Shown here: one piece after another, positions 19,869 through 30,659 of the stretch | How the letters are laid out: every line of letters begins with the position of its first letter | Position numbering within the stretch: the first letter of the stretch is position 1 | Sequence record: NC_048674.1 | Direction: 5' to 3' (one strand) | DNA: 64,000 nt | Notes under the pieces: generated by a model | Databases searched by the model: none | Told to the model about the DNA's origin: nothing | The model's input: only the letters and a program-made list of their open reading frames with translations | Made by a program: the position numbers and the translations under genes

Positions 19869-22337
19869 TCCTGTTCTGGTATTATATCCATATCGAATCA
19901 CTGGTGATTCTTCGAGAGGATGAAATCCTCTCTATCGAAACGAGAGACGGAAAGGAAGAAATCATGAAACTCAGCAAAGCCCAAAACGAAGTAGTTGCTA
20001 TTTGTGTTGCGGAAGTTGAGCGTCTTTGGAACCAGTATCAAGTTGATTTGGTTCGCTGGGAAAACACTCCCAAGGGTAAGGCAAAAGAAGATATGACTTT
20101 CCGTCTGGGTGCTGTTAACCGTGCTACTGTTCGCGCTCTCATTAAGGCTGGTGTTCTGATTGTTGACCACAAGTTCAGTGTAAAAGAGCCTACTTTGAAG
20201 AAATATAACTATGGTCGCGACCGTGTTTATGGTGACAACTATTACGAAGAAAACATTTACCGTTTGAACAAAGAATTTATCAAATAACTCTTTACGCTTG
20301 TTTTTGCTTTTGGTAATATGTCTGTACACCAACTGAGAAGGAAATGACTATGAACACCAAACTCCGTAATCGCCTGAATAACATGCTTGGTAATCAAACT
20401 CTGGTTTGCACTTCTACTATCGGAACCATTACCATGAAGGCCGCACTTGATAATGGTGGTATGGACTTTGTTGTTGATGTGAGTATCACCACTGAAAATG
20501 GTGTTGAGAATAAAGGCCGTATGTACACCAAACAGGCGCTGGAAACTTACGGTGATTCCATCTCTCATATCGTTGTTAAGAATTATTAAGGGAAATCATG
20601 TTCGCATTTACCCGAGTAATATTTCTTTGTATTATCTATGGTGTTGGGTCTAGCCATTGTGGGGAGTATCATTGGGTTGGTACACTGTCGGTAACTCGTC
20701 GTGGACTTGTGATAAAGTATTGTCAAGGTAACAAATGGCGTGTTATGCTGGTAACAACTCGCGGCCTTTACAAAAACATTCAATCTGGGGTATGGAAAGT
20801 ATTATGAAAAGTTTTATCGTTTCCTTCAAAATTCAAAATGCATTTGGTGATAAAGTCCTTACCGAATACGTTTGGGCATACACCCCGAAATGTGCAGTCG
20901 AGAAGATCCAAGAAAAATATGTTGGCGTTTATCACGCTAAAGCAAAACTTGCTATCTAAGGGGATAGTATGAAAAATAAAATTCTTGTAGAACTAGTTGC
21001 AAAACAAACCAGTGATCTGATAAAATCTAATGGTCATCGAATGGCACTGGTGGCTTTGGGTAAATGGATTGAAGCCACACCATATATCACTGACGAGGAA
21101 CTTAATTTCCTCATGAATTTGGTTAAAGTATATCAGGAGCAATAATCATGGCTAAAGGTAAAGTAACTGCAAAATCTCTCCGCGCTGGTCAGACTGTATA
21201 TCGTGTATGTGGTCCTACTGGTTTCATCACCAAGCTTCTGATCACCTCTCGTCCNTTTGTGTANAAGAAAAAAGATTCTGTGCTNAATGGTACTATCTGG
21301 GTGAACTATCGTAAGTGGTTCAAAACCAATAGTTACAAATTCGGTGTGGTTCGAGAAGTGAGTAACTTCTTTAATGATGATTTCAGCCTTACCGATGCTG
21401 GTATTGGTGGTAGTCATCCGGGTGGTACTAATCGCACCTTCTACACTTACAAGGCTGCCAAACGCTGGTCTGAGCACGTTAAATCGCTTCCTAAGAAACA
21501 GGAGTGCTGGGACGACGATCTATGGAGCCCAACCGATTATGATGACTTTCTAAGGGGATAGTATGATGGTTTTGATTGATACAAAGAATGTCCAACTTAA
21601 GTTATATTGGATGTCACAGGATACGATTGATACTTATCCGAGCGAGAAGGCTCAAGTCATCGAATTTATTATGTCTCTGGATAGTGATCTGGTTCCAATG
21701 GTCGAACTTAGTATCGACGAATATAATTTTCTTTTGCAAGTTATGTAAAAACTACTTGTAACGGTAATCGATTTATGGGATACTTTCCTTGTTGGGGAGT
21801 TTCCCACTTTCATTAGAGAATTTTATATGTATATTCGCTTTGATATTCAAGACCTGTTGGAACTTCTGGAAATGATTGGTGTGGGTTATTACGCTACCGA
21901 GACCAATTATGATGCAGATATCGGTTTTACCCAGACCAATTACATTTTCGATATTGACGGCCACAGGGTTATCCTGACTGAGCCAAGCTTCAATGATTAC
22001 GTTACCACCTGCGAGGTGAGTGATGTTGCTACCATGAAATATCTGGCGGAAGAAAACAATATCCCGTTTGAAATGAAAGACCACTACCTGTAAGGAGTTT
22101 ATTATGATGGATTTTATTAATAGTCAATTTGGTTTCGTTCTTATTACCACCATGTTTCTGTGTGGTATCGTGTTCAACGGTGTTGCAACCTATTACGAAT
22201 CTCGCAAATACAGTAAGATGGAGAAATTCCTTTCTTACTTGATGCACTTTGCCTTGTGTGCAATGTCTATCAACGGGTATGTTGAACTTCTGAAAATTAT
22301 GGATTTCAGCAAGATTATGGGTTGAAAATAAAATGAT

Positions 22338-22373
22338 AAATGGCTTGCTTCGGTGAGCCATTTGTTTTACTAT
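22338..22373 (+). promoter_or_regulatory. UUCG terminator / early promoter cassette
   Basis: aaatggcttgc-ttcg-gtgagccattt. TTGCTT - 17 nt - TACTAT. Confidence 0.75.
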
Positions 22374-22672
22374 GTGTATATCGAAACGGGAGGTTCTTAT
22401 GGTAAACGAAATGATGAATGCAATCGCTATCAAGCTGGAAGAAGCAAAATCCAAAAAGCGTCAGGGTCTGGTTTATCGCAATGCATATGCGGTACTGGAA
22501 AACGGCCCGGATAGCGTAGACTATGTTGTTTCGGTTCACGTAGAGGCTACTATCGAATATGATGGAAAAGCGCGTGANGAAGCNCAACGCCGAGCTGATG
22601 TNATNCAAACAGAGTTGGGTTATCTTGGTTACGGTTATACTGTTGTTCGTGTTGAAGTCTAAGGAGAATATT

Positions 22673-22969
22673 ATGGAAATCACCATCGCCCTGCGTGAAG
22701 CTTTCGAATCCGTTAAATGTTTGTCTAAGAAATTTGAGGTTTCTGACCGGGATTTTGATGAGAACATACAAACCCTCTCCAACATCTACATCGCTGTTCC
22801 TATGGGTGAGGATGAGATCCGGGGTTATATTGATTCCGCCATTCGTAATATCGATGATGCAAAAACTGTTTTTGACCGTGGTGATTCTTATGAGGATGAT
22901 CTGATTGGTATTCACCTTGATATGGCTCTGGTAAATCTCCGGGCNGCAATTTNTTACGCTTCTAAGTAA
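22673..22969 (+). CDS. Helical hypothetical protein, paralog of 46103-46420
   Basis: Shared R.Y...A...........I..D....NLRAA pattern. Confidence 0.6.
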   Translation: MEITIALREAFESVKCLSKKFEVSDRDFDENIQTLSNIYIAVPMGEDEIRGYIDSAIRNIDDAKTVFDRGDSYEDDLIGIHLDMALVNLRXAIXYASK

Positions 22970-22978
22970 GGAATNAAT

Positions 22979-23458
22979 ATGAAACTGAAATTCAAATCCC
23001 CTATTNTCCGCTCCAAATTCATGTCTCGTTTTGGGTTGACTGAATGGGGTAAGAAAGCCATTGATGCCATTGAGAATGGTGCTAATTGGCAGAAGGAAAC
23101 TAAGTATGATGGTTATTACACACGGGATTACTCGTTTGGTAAGGACTATCTGACCATCATCGAAAGCGTCTCTTATTTCGAAGTTGTCATTGAAGAAAAA
23201 GCTTGGTTGATTGCGAACGGATATGGCGCTGTTACAACCACTGATGAGAAGGTTGCAGAACACTATTCTATCACCAACAAAACCCCTATGGCGGAAGTTC
23301 CGTTTATCCGTGTTGATGGTGAGTTGTATGTGTCCATCAACGAAGTTAAGATGAATGAATCCGTTCAAGCTCAAATTGATAAGCGCCTCAAGAAACAGGA
23401 AATTGCTAATAAAGCTGGTATGACAGTACAAGAAATGGAAAATATTTTTCGGAATTGA
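22979..23458 (+). CDS. MKIRFK-family paralog 4 with a C-terminal extension
   Basis: MKLKFKSP..RSKF...ESVSYFEVVIEE followed by an ~85-aa extra domain. Confidence 0.7.
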   Translation: MKLKFKSPIXRSKFMSRFGLTEWGKKAIDAIENGANWQKETKYDGYYTRDYSFGKDYLTIIESVSYFEVVIEEKAWLIANGYGAVTTTDEKVAEHYSITNKTPMAEVPFIRVDGELYVSINEVKMNESVQAQIDKRLKKQEIANKAGMTVQEMENIFRN

Positions 23459-23783
23459 TTGACTCCATTTGGTGATCTGGTAATATACACATATACCCAC
23501 TGAGGAAGAAAAGGAAATTGCCATGAACTACGTCGTTTCCCTTGCCAAGAAAGTTATCAACGTTGCAGAGAACAATATCACTGATGANNTGTATNATGCA
23601 GCTCNAACCGTNTNTGNTGTCGATTATGACTGGGCTTGCGAAATGATTTATCTCGGTGATGTGGAAGAATGTATCGAGGTTATCCGGGCTTATATGGAGT
23701 TCCTGAATTGCTTCCCTGCTCAATATTGGATTAGCGATCTGAAAGATGAGATGGAAGAAATCAAAAATCTTTTGAAAAATTGA

Positions 23784-23835
23784 TTGACTCTGAAAGAGTG
23801 TTTTGAGATACTAGCTTTGTCGGGAAATGGTTCCC
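23784..23835 (+). promoter_or_regulatory. Early promoter cassette shared with 46433-46484
   Basis: TTGACT...GATACT. gagatactagctttgtcgggaaatggttccc is 29/31 identical to 46454-46484. Confidence 0.75.
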
Positions 23836-24593
23836 TCTCTTAAAAAGGAAATTGTCATGACTGCACAAATCTTCTTCGCTACTCGTTCCGCTGCTCGTGT
23901 TGCTGGTTTTGGTAAAATGACTGACAATGGTACTCAGGCCACCAATCGTTGGGCTCGTACTGTNGATGTGAACTCTACNGGGAACAAAACCCTGTCTGTT
24001 GGTCGNGGTGTTCGNAAGAANGGTTGCAAGGCCGTTACCATCATCACCAAGAAAGCAAAAACTCTGGTTCACTAAGGAGCTNATTATGTTCTCNTTCTTC
24101 CGTAAAATCGACCCCAAAGCCGCNGCCATGGTACAGTATATGGATACNCATCCGACTGGNGATATCTTTGGTGATACGCCACGGACTGTTTTCTTTGAAG
24201 GTTTTCATCTTGGTTTTAGTTGTGATGCCGAAGGAAAACCCCGCAGTATTTTCCTTAACAAATCCAATACCAATGGCGGGACTACATGTATTGAGATTTT
24301 CGATATCAATAACAACAAGAAAGAAATCAAAGCACTGGATAATGCGCGACACCGANCCCTTAAACGTTANAATAACCATACACAAGAAAAGGNNNAAGCN
24401 AAACGNCNGGAAGCTCTGGATAGTCTGGAAGTATGATGAATATCCTCATTTCCTTGGTTCTGGTATTACTCGGCCTCTTTCTTGTTCATGTTGCTGAATG
24501 GGCTGGTAAAAAAGATGCAAATGGTGGGATTGGTGGGTTGTTTACTCTGGTAATCTGTTTTATAATGTTTGTGTTGATTGTTAAGGAGCTAGT

Positions 24594-24836
24594 ATGAAAA
24601 TTCGTTTCAAAGATACCGACGCCCAATATGAATTCTTGTGTATGTCTGATGCAAATGCAGCTATTGCAGAATATATGGGAATGGATACCCATGACGCCAT
24701 TTCGTATGAAGAGTGTGGTAAGACCATCATTGCTCTGGTAGACGTTAACGGCGACCCAATCACTGTTGGTGAATTCGACCAGTGGGAAGCACAGGTACAT
24801 CAAGGTGAACAACAGTTCTTTATCATTGAGGAATAA
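24594..24836 (+). CDS. MKIRFK-family paralog 5
   Basis: MKIRFKDTDAQYEF...ANAAIAEYMGMDTHDA...EQQFFIIEE. Confidence 0.8.
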   Translation: MKIRFKDTDAQYEFLCMSDANAAIAEYMGMDTHDAISYEECGKTIIALVDVNGDPITVGEFDQWEAQVHQGEQQFFIIEE

Positions 24837-25050
24837 TTTAGTGTCAAAGACCAATCACATTCCGAGCATAAAAAGCGTCTGGGACCAAGGCCGTCATCCA
24901 GCAAACTCACGAATCATTGGCCTTGAATCATTAGCACGAAGTGGTTCAACTAGTGAGGTAAGGCGCAAGGCTATTGTGGCACTAAAGAGAGATTTCGGAA
25001 TTGAATTCAAGGGGTGAATACTGTTCGCCAACTATTAGAGGAATAAAGAT

Positions 25051-25290
25051 ATGCTAAACAAGAAATTCAAAATCATCGAAGAAGTAAGCCCTATCATGAA
25101 ATCAGAGTTTCCACTGATGGTAGTTGGTAACTATTTCACAGTAAAAGAAACCCTCAANNCNGGNTANACCGAAGGGATTACGGTGATTGANATGGATGAT
25201 GGTACTATCTACAATATCCAAGATAGCTCAATGTCTTGGTGCTTCTACACCATTGGTATGATCCCGTGGCGTCTGGTGGAGATTAAGTAA
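25051..25290 (+). CDS. MLNK..WCFY-family protein
   Basis: Aligns with the N-terminus of 17458-17844. Confidence 0.7.
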   Translation: MLNKKFKIIEEVSPIMKSEFPLMVVGNYFTVKETLXXXXTEGITVIXMDDGTIYNIQDSSMSWCFYTIGMIPWRLVEIK

Positions 25291-26058
25291 ATGAAAATTC
25301 GTTTTAAAGATGAAAAAGCCATGGAAGAGTTTTCTAAACGGGATCCGTCTTTCCACCGCCACAACCACAACATGGTTAAGAATTTTGGTATGAAAACCTT
25401 CAAAGTAGAGATTGACGATACCGGTGATTTCTGGGATACTATTGATGGAGATTTCACTATCAAAATTGAAGACGAAAGCCATTACTTCACTATTGTTGAG
25501 GAATAAATTATGAAGATTCGTTTTAAAGATGAACAAGCCCATCAGGACTTCTCCAATTGTCGTGCTAACGTTGCTATTGCAAACTATATGGGAATGGATA
25601 CACACGAAGCATACAATTATTGTAGCGGGGATATTGGGCTGATAGATGATAATAATTGTGGTATCACTATTCCAGATCCATATATCTCTGGGTTTGAAGG
25701 GTGGAATGCGGTTATCCATAAGGGTGAGCGTCGTTACTTTGTTATTGAAGGGGAATAAGATATGAAGATCCGTTTCAAGTCAGAACAGCATCTACGCGAT
25801 TTTAAAGCTGCATCGGTAGAAAATTTGGAAATCGCGGATTTTATGAGAATGCACCCTGTTGAAGTAGTTAAGATCCATGGTCATTACTACATCGAAACCG
25901 ACATTCTTGATTGTACTCTTATCCTNGAATCCGAACACGATTTCTTCGATTGGATTAAAGATGATCCCAAAACCCTTTTCGATATCATGTTAGAAAAGAA
26001 GGCTGAATACGACAAGGCTTTCAACGACTATATCCAATCGGTTAAAGAAAACAGTTGA
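25291..26058 (+). CDS. Three tandem MKIRFK-family paralogs 6-8 (25291-25506, 25510-25758, 25762-26058)
   Basis: All start MKIRFK[DS]E and end with an E..[YF]F.I motif. The third adds a KKAEYD coiled-coil tail. Confidence 0.85.
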
Positions 26059-26119
26059 CCGTTGAGACGGTTATCTGTATATTGGGACTTGTCAAAAATC
26101 TTAGGTAAGGGGAATTTAA

Positions 26120-26419
26120 ATGGATACTACATCTTTCATCGAACCACTTCTGGGCAAGACTCAAACCATTAAGTCTATCTATTACTCATTCGTTGATAAA
26201 GGTTACGCTGACCCACAATATAACCTATTTGTCCCTATTGAGAAACTTTCCTCTACCGGACACAAAGTAAAAATGAAAGTTGCAAATACCAGCTCAAATC
26301 TAGCCTTTACTTACGAAGACGATTCAGGTATTCTCAACGTGTACATTGATGGGGAAGTAGATTTCGTTCCCAAGGTTTATATCGTCAATGGTAAAGTCCA
26401 AAATAGTAAAGGAGAATAA
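26120..26419 (+). CDS. Hypothetical protein
   Basis: Behind a TTGACC promoter at ~26056, with RBS. Confidence 0.6.
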   Translation: MDTTSFIEPLLGKTQTIKSIYYSFVDKGYADPQYNLFVPIEKLSSTGHKVKMKVANTSSNLAFTYEDDSGILNVYIDGEVDFVPKVYIVNGKVQNSKGE

Positions 26420-26422
26420 ATT

Positions 26423-27370
26423 ATGTCAGATATTATGCGTATCCGTTTCCCCAGTGAAGATCACCGGAGTCGATTTATAGCTCATAGCGTACACGCAAAC
26501 ACCCACATCGCCAAACATATGGGTATGGATTGGAATCGTGTATCATTCAATGGTCGTCGTTGGTCTCTGGTGGATGAGAACAATAAGGATGTGGTTATTG
26601 GTGGTATTGATGTTGCCACTACTATCCTTCCTTTGGAATATCAATTTTTCGAATGGGATATTCTCCCAGTAGAAAATAAACCTTCCATTAAATCTCTCTG
26701 GGATATTGCACAACAGAAGAAAGCAGAGTATGATGATGCTATGGTTGAATACAACAAAGCAGTAATGGAGAAACTTGATGAAAGTGCGATTTAAAAATAT
26801 CGAATCCAAGTTTGCGTTTACCACTGGTGGACGAGCTAATATGTCTATCGCCGAATACATGGGTAACGATTTCCATGAAGCCAAATCGTGCTTTGATGGA
26901 AGCATCGAACTCGTGGATAGCAAAGGGAATAATATTACTCTCAATACGTATGGTAAAGCAGTTCCAGACAATGGATGGAATGCTTGCTTCTTTGAAGATG
27001 AAACTCAATATTTGGAGATGCATTATGAAGATTAAGTTTAAAGACGAACAGTCCCGACACGAGTTCCGCCAATGCGATAATCTTAATAAAGATATCGAGT
27101 TTAAGATTGGTAATGAACCACATGAAGTAATCCAGAATGAACATGGTTGGTATCTCTCCAATGATGGATTAAAAATAATCATCAATGGGTTTTATGCTTT
27201 CATCAGTTCCCGCGAAATGAANGTATTTTGATATTGTTGAAGATGTTATCAATCCCATGGATANCATTGAAGCTCTATGGGNNCTATGGNANGATGTACA
27301 AGAAAAGAAAGCTGCTTTTGAACGTAGCTTGGAACTTTACCACGCTGAATATAATCGAATGTTCCGCTGA
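26423..27370 (+). CDS. Three tandem MKIRFK-family paralogs 9-11 (26423-26794, 26775-27035, 27025-27370 with an N-associated frameshift at ~27222)
   Basis: Starts MRIRFPSE, MKVRFKN and MKIKFKDE. Removing the N in atgaangtattttgat gives MKYFDIVE and opens the frame to ...QEKKAAFE...RMFR*. Confidence 0.75.
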
Positions 27371-27395
27371 ATCATCAAACGATCATGAGAGGGGT

Positions 27396-27426
27396 AAAAT
27401 GCACTTTTTTGGTGCATTTTCTTTTT
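27396..27426 (+). terminator. Intrinsic terminator ending the paralog cluster
   Basis: aaaatgcac/gtgcatttt stem followed by ctttttat. Confidence 0.7.
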
Positions 27427-27474
27427 ATACAACCATCAAAACATTTTCTCTCTATCCCTTGCTGTATAAGGGAT

Positions 27475-27548
27475 TCTGTTAATATTCTTTCACATATTTT
27501 CATAACTTTTCATATCTGTTAACATTCTTTCATATTTTGATAATGTTT
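27475..27548. repeat. Imperfect direct repeat in an AT-rich intergenic gap
   Basis: tctgttaatattctttcacatattttcataac vs tctgttaacattctttcatattttgataat. Confidence 0.65.
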
Positions 27549-27589
27549 GGTTCTTAAATTAAAAAGTTTGATTCTAGAACAAAAAAGTG

Positions 27590-27618
27590 TGGACACACAT
27601 TAGGTGATGTAGTACCAT
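27590..27618 (+). promoter_or_regulatory. Early promoter
   Basis: TGGACA - 17 nt - TACCAT. Confidence 0.55.
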
Positions 27619-28304
27619 GTTCTTACTGACTGATTGGAGATAGAATCTCCGTGGAGATAGATATGAAAAACATTCGTGAAATTGCTGCTGAAATGAAAAC
27701 TTTGTTGAACTCCCGTGGTTATGGTATTACTTCTGTATTTGGTATGTATCTTGATAACAATGCTATGATGGTTATCAAAGGCCGTGAGTTGGAAAAGGTA
27801 GCGCGTGACTTTGCGTTAGTTCGTGGTATTCATTCTATTGTGATTGCAGAAGAACTTTGCTATGATTCAGTTGACTTTGAAGATCCGACTAGTGAAGCTG
27901 AGTTGGTTCGTGTGTTGAAGTGCTGCATTGACTATGTGGAGTAAGATATGGAATGGGTTATTGGTGTTGTTGCTCTGGTGTGGTGTTTCTTGATGTTTGC
28001 TTATATCACTGAAAACAAGTTTAAGAACGAGCGGTATTCTATTCGTGATTGGTTGAAGTATCATGGATTTGGTGTTCATATTCATCGCAATGACTTTCTT
28101 CTTGATAGTTGTCAAATGGTTCGTCTTGGTGGTATATCTCAATGTAATAAATGTCTTTCTTGGGTTGTGTACTGGAAACTGTACAATATCCGCCGAAAGA
28201 AATTGAGTCGTGAAGATACTATTAAGAAACTGAATGCGTTGGTTAATGGTATGGTTGTTGAGCGGATTAAGCGTGAGAGTAAGAAAGATTTTTGGAAGGA
28301 TTAG

Positions 28305-28613
28305 ATGAAGAATCTCATTGCTTTATTGGCTGTGATTGGATTGATTGGTTGTGTTCCCAAAGTAGTTCATCAAGAAACTTATCGAGATACTGTTGTTGTT
28401 ACTGAGTTTGTGAAGAGGCATAAGCGACAGCGGATTAAGGTAATAACATCTGATGGTGTTTTGATTAATCAATATGTTGCTAAACGCTGTAGTGGGTGTT
28501 ATGCTTACAAGGGTGATAAGTTCTCAGTGACTGTTACCAAGAAAACTTGGAATGATGGTGATGTTACTTATAGTATCAACCGTTATGAGACTAAAGAATT
28601 TTTGAGGAAATGA
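28305..28613 (+). CDS. Lipoprotein, CxxC family member 1
   Basis: Lipobox LIGC, then TVVVTEF...CSGCY...GDK. Confidence 0.75.
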   Translation: MKNLIALLAVIGLIGCVPKVVHQETYRDTVVVTEFVKRHKRQRIKVITSDGVLINQYVAKRCSGCYAYKGDKFSVTVTKKTWNDGDVTYSINRYETKEFLRK

Positions 28614-29203
28614 TTATGACTGCTGCTGAATTGGTAAAGGCCGTTCGTGAGAAAGAACAAGCTCGTGTAGAACTTCGCAAGGCTATTGTGCAGGGGATTT
28701 ATGACGAGACGGTTGAATCCATGCTGAATCTAGATGAACTGGAAACAGACCTCAGTATCTATGGTATTGAGCGTATTTGTAATGTTGAACTTGATGGGGT
28801 TATGTTCTATGACCTTATCCGAGATGACATCATCCCGTTGTTTGTTAAGAATGGTTTCTCTGCTGTCTGGAATGAGGATGAAGGCGATAACCGTATTTTG
28901 ATTTGGGCACCTATTGGAGAATAATATGAAAGTTATTGACTATATCAAAAAGTATCCTAACGCTTATGCATGTGCTTGTGTTGAACGTTCGCACACTACT
29001 CCCAATTATGTTAACTATCTTAACCATTGTGCACTGGCTACCTTCATCAAGGCTGAGTCATGGGATAAGGTTGAGGAACTGATTAACAGCTCTGATTACT
29101 ATAAGCCTCTTGAGGGTGTTGTTCTTGCTGCTGCTGATTATATGGATGATGACAATGATGATCGCTGGAAAGCTTATGATGCATATCAATCAGGGGAAAT
29201 TGT

Positions 29204-29512
29204 ATGAGAGCATTAATTGTTGGTCTAACTTTGTTGTTGGTTGGGTGTGCACCGGTTGGGATTGTTAACACTTTTAGCNTTAAGGAATCAGTAACCGTTA
29301 TCAAATGGGATCCTGTCAATCGGTTTATTAGTTTTGTTTCTGATAGTGGATTGGTAGTGACTAACGTTTATATCTGGGGCGCATGTGAGGGGTGCTATTC
29401 TATCATTGGTGATAAGATGGATATTACTATCACCCAACAGGTGAAAAGCAACAATACAACCGAACTTGTTGTAGATTCAAACGAGGTTGGAAAACAGATG
29501 AGAAAGTTTTAA
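29204..29512 (+). CDS. Lipoprotein, CxxC family member 2
   Basis: Lipobox LVGC, then ESVTVIKW...CEGCY...GDK. Confidence 0.75.
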   Translation: MRALIVGLTLLLVGCAPVGIVNTFSXKESVTVIKWDPVNRFISFVSDSGLVVTNVYIWGACEGCYSIIGDKMDITITQQVKSNNTTELVVDSNEVGKQMRKF

Positions 29513-29745
29513 TGAAGAAAAAATATAGTCAGAAAGAGATAAACGCGCTACTTAAACTTGCGAAGGGTATCAAAGCTGGCGACCAGATTGAAGCAACTGA
29601 CAAGATGCTCTCTGACTTGGGTAAGATTTCTTTTCCATTGTTTCGTGAGCCTTGTACTGGCAAAATGTTTTTTGCTTGGAGAGGTTGTTCATATGTATTC
29701 AAAGACCGTATTAATGAGATGCTTGATTCGTTGAGGATGGAATAA

Positions 29746-30288
29746 AGTACTTGCATCGGTCTTTGGTTATGGTATTATGCCTACATCGAAGCGAAGGAGA
29801 CTATTATGAAAATCGAATGTGAATTCAAAGCCGTACCTAACAATACCAAGTTTTACGTTCTTCGTTATGTTGGTGCACCAGCCAGTGATTCTATTAGTTT
29901 CTTCAAGGGAGATTCTAATATTTGTTATGATGTGTACGGTGAGTGGAAAACCCCAGTCGATTTTGATAACACTCATCCATGTTGGTATTTTAAGGATTGA
30001 TATGAATGTAATTGTACGCGAAACAAATCATGGGAAGGATCTGATCTATTCTCATGATGATGGATTCACTCGCCACGTTGTTCAAATTTATGATGGTGGT
30101 TACGCTTGTTATCTTAATGAGAGTCGATGCTTTAAGAGAAAAACACACGAGTTGATGATGGCTCAATGTGGTATTGATCCAAAAGAGATTAATCCTTTAC
30201 CATGGAACTCTGATGCATATTATCGAAATTGTGTGATTTAGTACTTGCGTCGGTCTTTGGTTATGGTATTATATCTACATCGAAACGA
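29746..30288 (+). repeat. Pair of near-identical early promoter cassettes (29746-29794 and 30240-30288)
   Basis: agtacttgc(a/g)tcggtctttggttatggtattat(gc/at)ctacatcgaa(g/a)cga, 45/49 identical. Confidence 0.85.
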
Positions 30289-30311
30289 GATACCTAACTG
30301 AGGAAGAGATT

Positions 30312-30659
30312 ATGAAACACGTACTGATTGCTCTGGTTGCTTTGTTCGTTCTGGTTGGTTGCAAGAAAGAAGTTAGCGAAGTTTCTTTCGTTGATACTGT
30401 GACTGTTACCAAGTTCGTTAAGAAGCATTCCGATAGCCAGCGTGTGAGCGTTACCACTTCCGAAGGTATCGAGATGAACAACCACGTTGTTTCTCAGAAG
30501 GGTACAAACTGCCTTGGTTGCTATGCTAAAGCTGGTGATAAGCTGGAAGTCACTGTTAAGAAAACTACCTATGAGGATGGTTCTGTTCATTACTCTTTCA
30601 ATAAATCTGAAATGAAAACCGCTCTGAAACTGAACCGTCGTAACAACTATGCCAACTAA
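30312..30659 (+). CDS. Lipoprotein, CxxC family member 3
   Basis: Lipobox LVGC, then DTVTVTKF...CLGCY...GDK. Confidence 0.75.
   Translation: MKHVLIALVALFVLVGCKKEVSEVSFVDTVTVTKFVKKHSDSQRVSVTTSEGIEMNNHVVSQKGTNCLGCYAKAGDKLEVTVKKTTYEDGSVHYSFNKSEMKTALKLNRRNNYAN

Larger units (their letters stand above)
15374..24436 (+). other. Run of small hypothetical early ORFs interleaved with promoter cassettes
   Basis: Examples: 15374-15709, 15849-16121, 16192-16398, 16696-17019, 17323-17448, 17846-18085, 18142-18423, 18427-18657, 19413-19640, 19964-20287, 20344-20589, 20804-20959, 21148-21561, 21563-21748, 21827-22093, 22104-22325, 22399-22662, 23523-23783, 23857-24075, 24086-24436. Confidence 0.65.

Noticed and set aside
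19895-19950. Hammerhead-like look of the structured leader (ctggtga...gaaa)
   Set aside because: The core would need CUGAnGA and a three-stem junction with a UH cleavage site, and these cannot be built.
19344-22373. TTGCTTC motifs that resemble T4 MotA boxes
   Set aside because: They lie 17-18 nt from the -10 box (the -35 position) and are part of UUCG terminator stems. MotA boxes sit closer, centred near -30.
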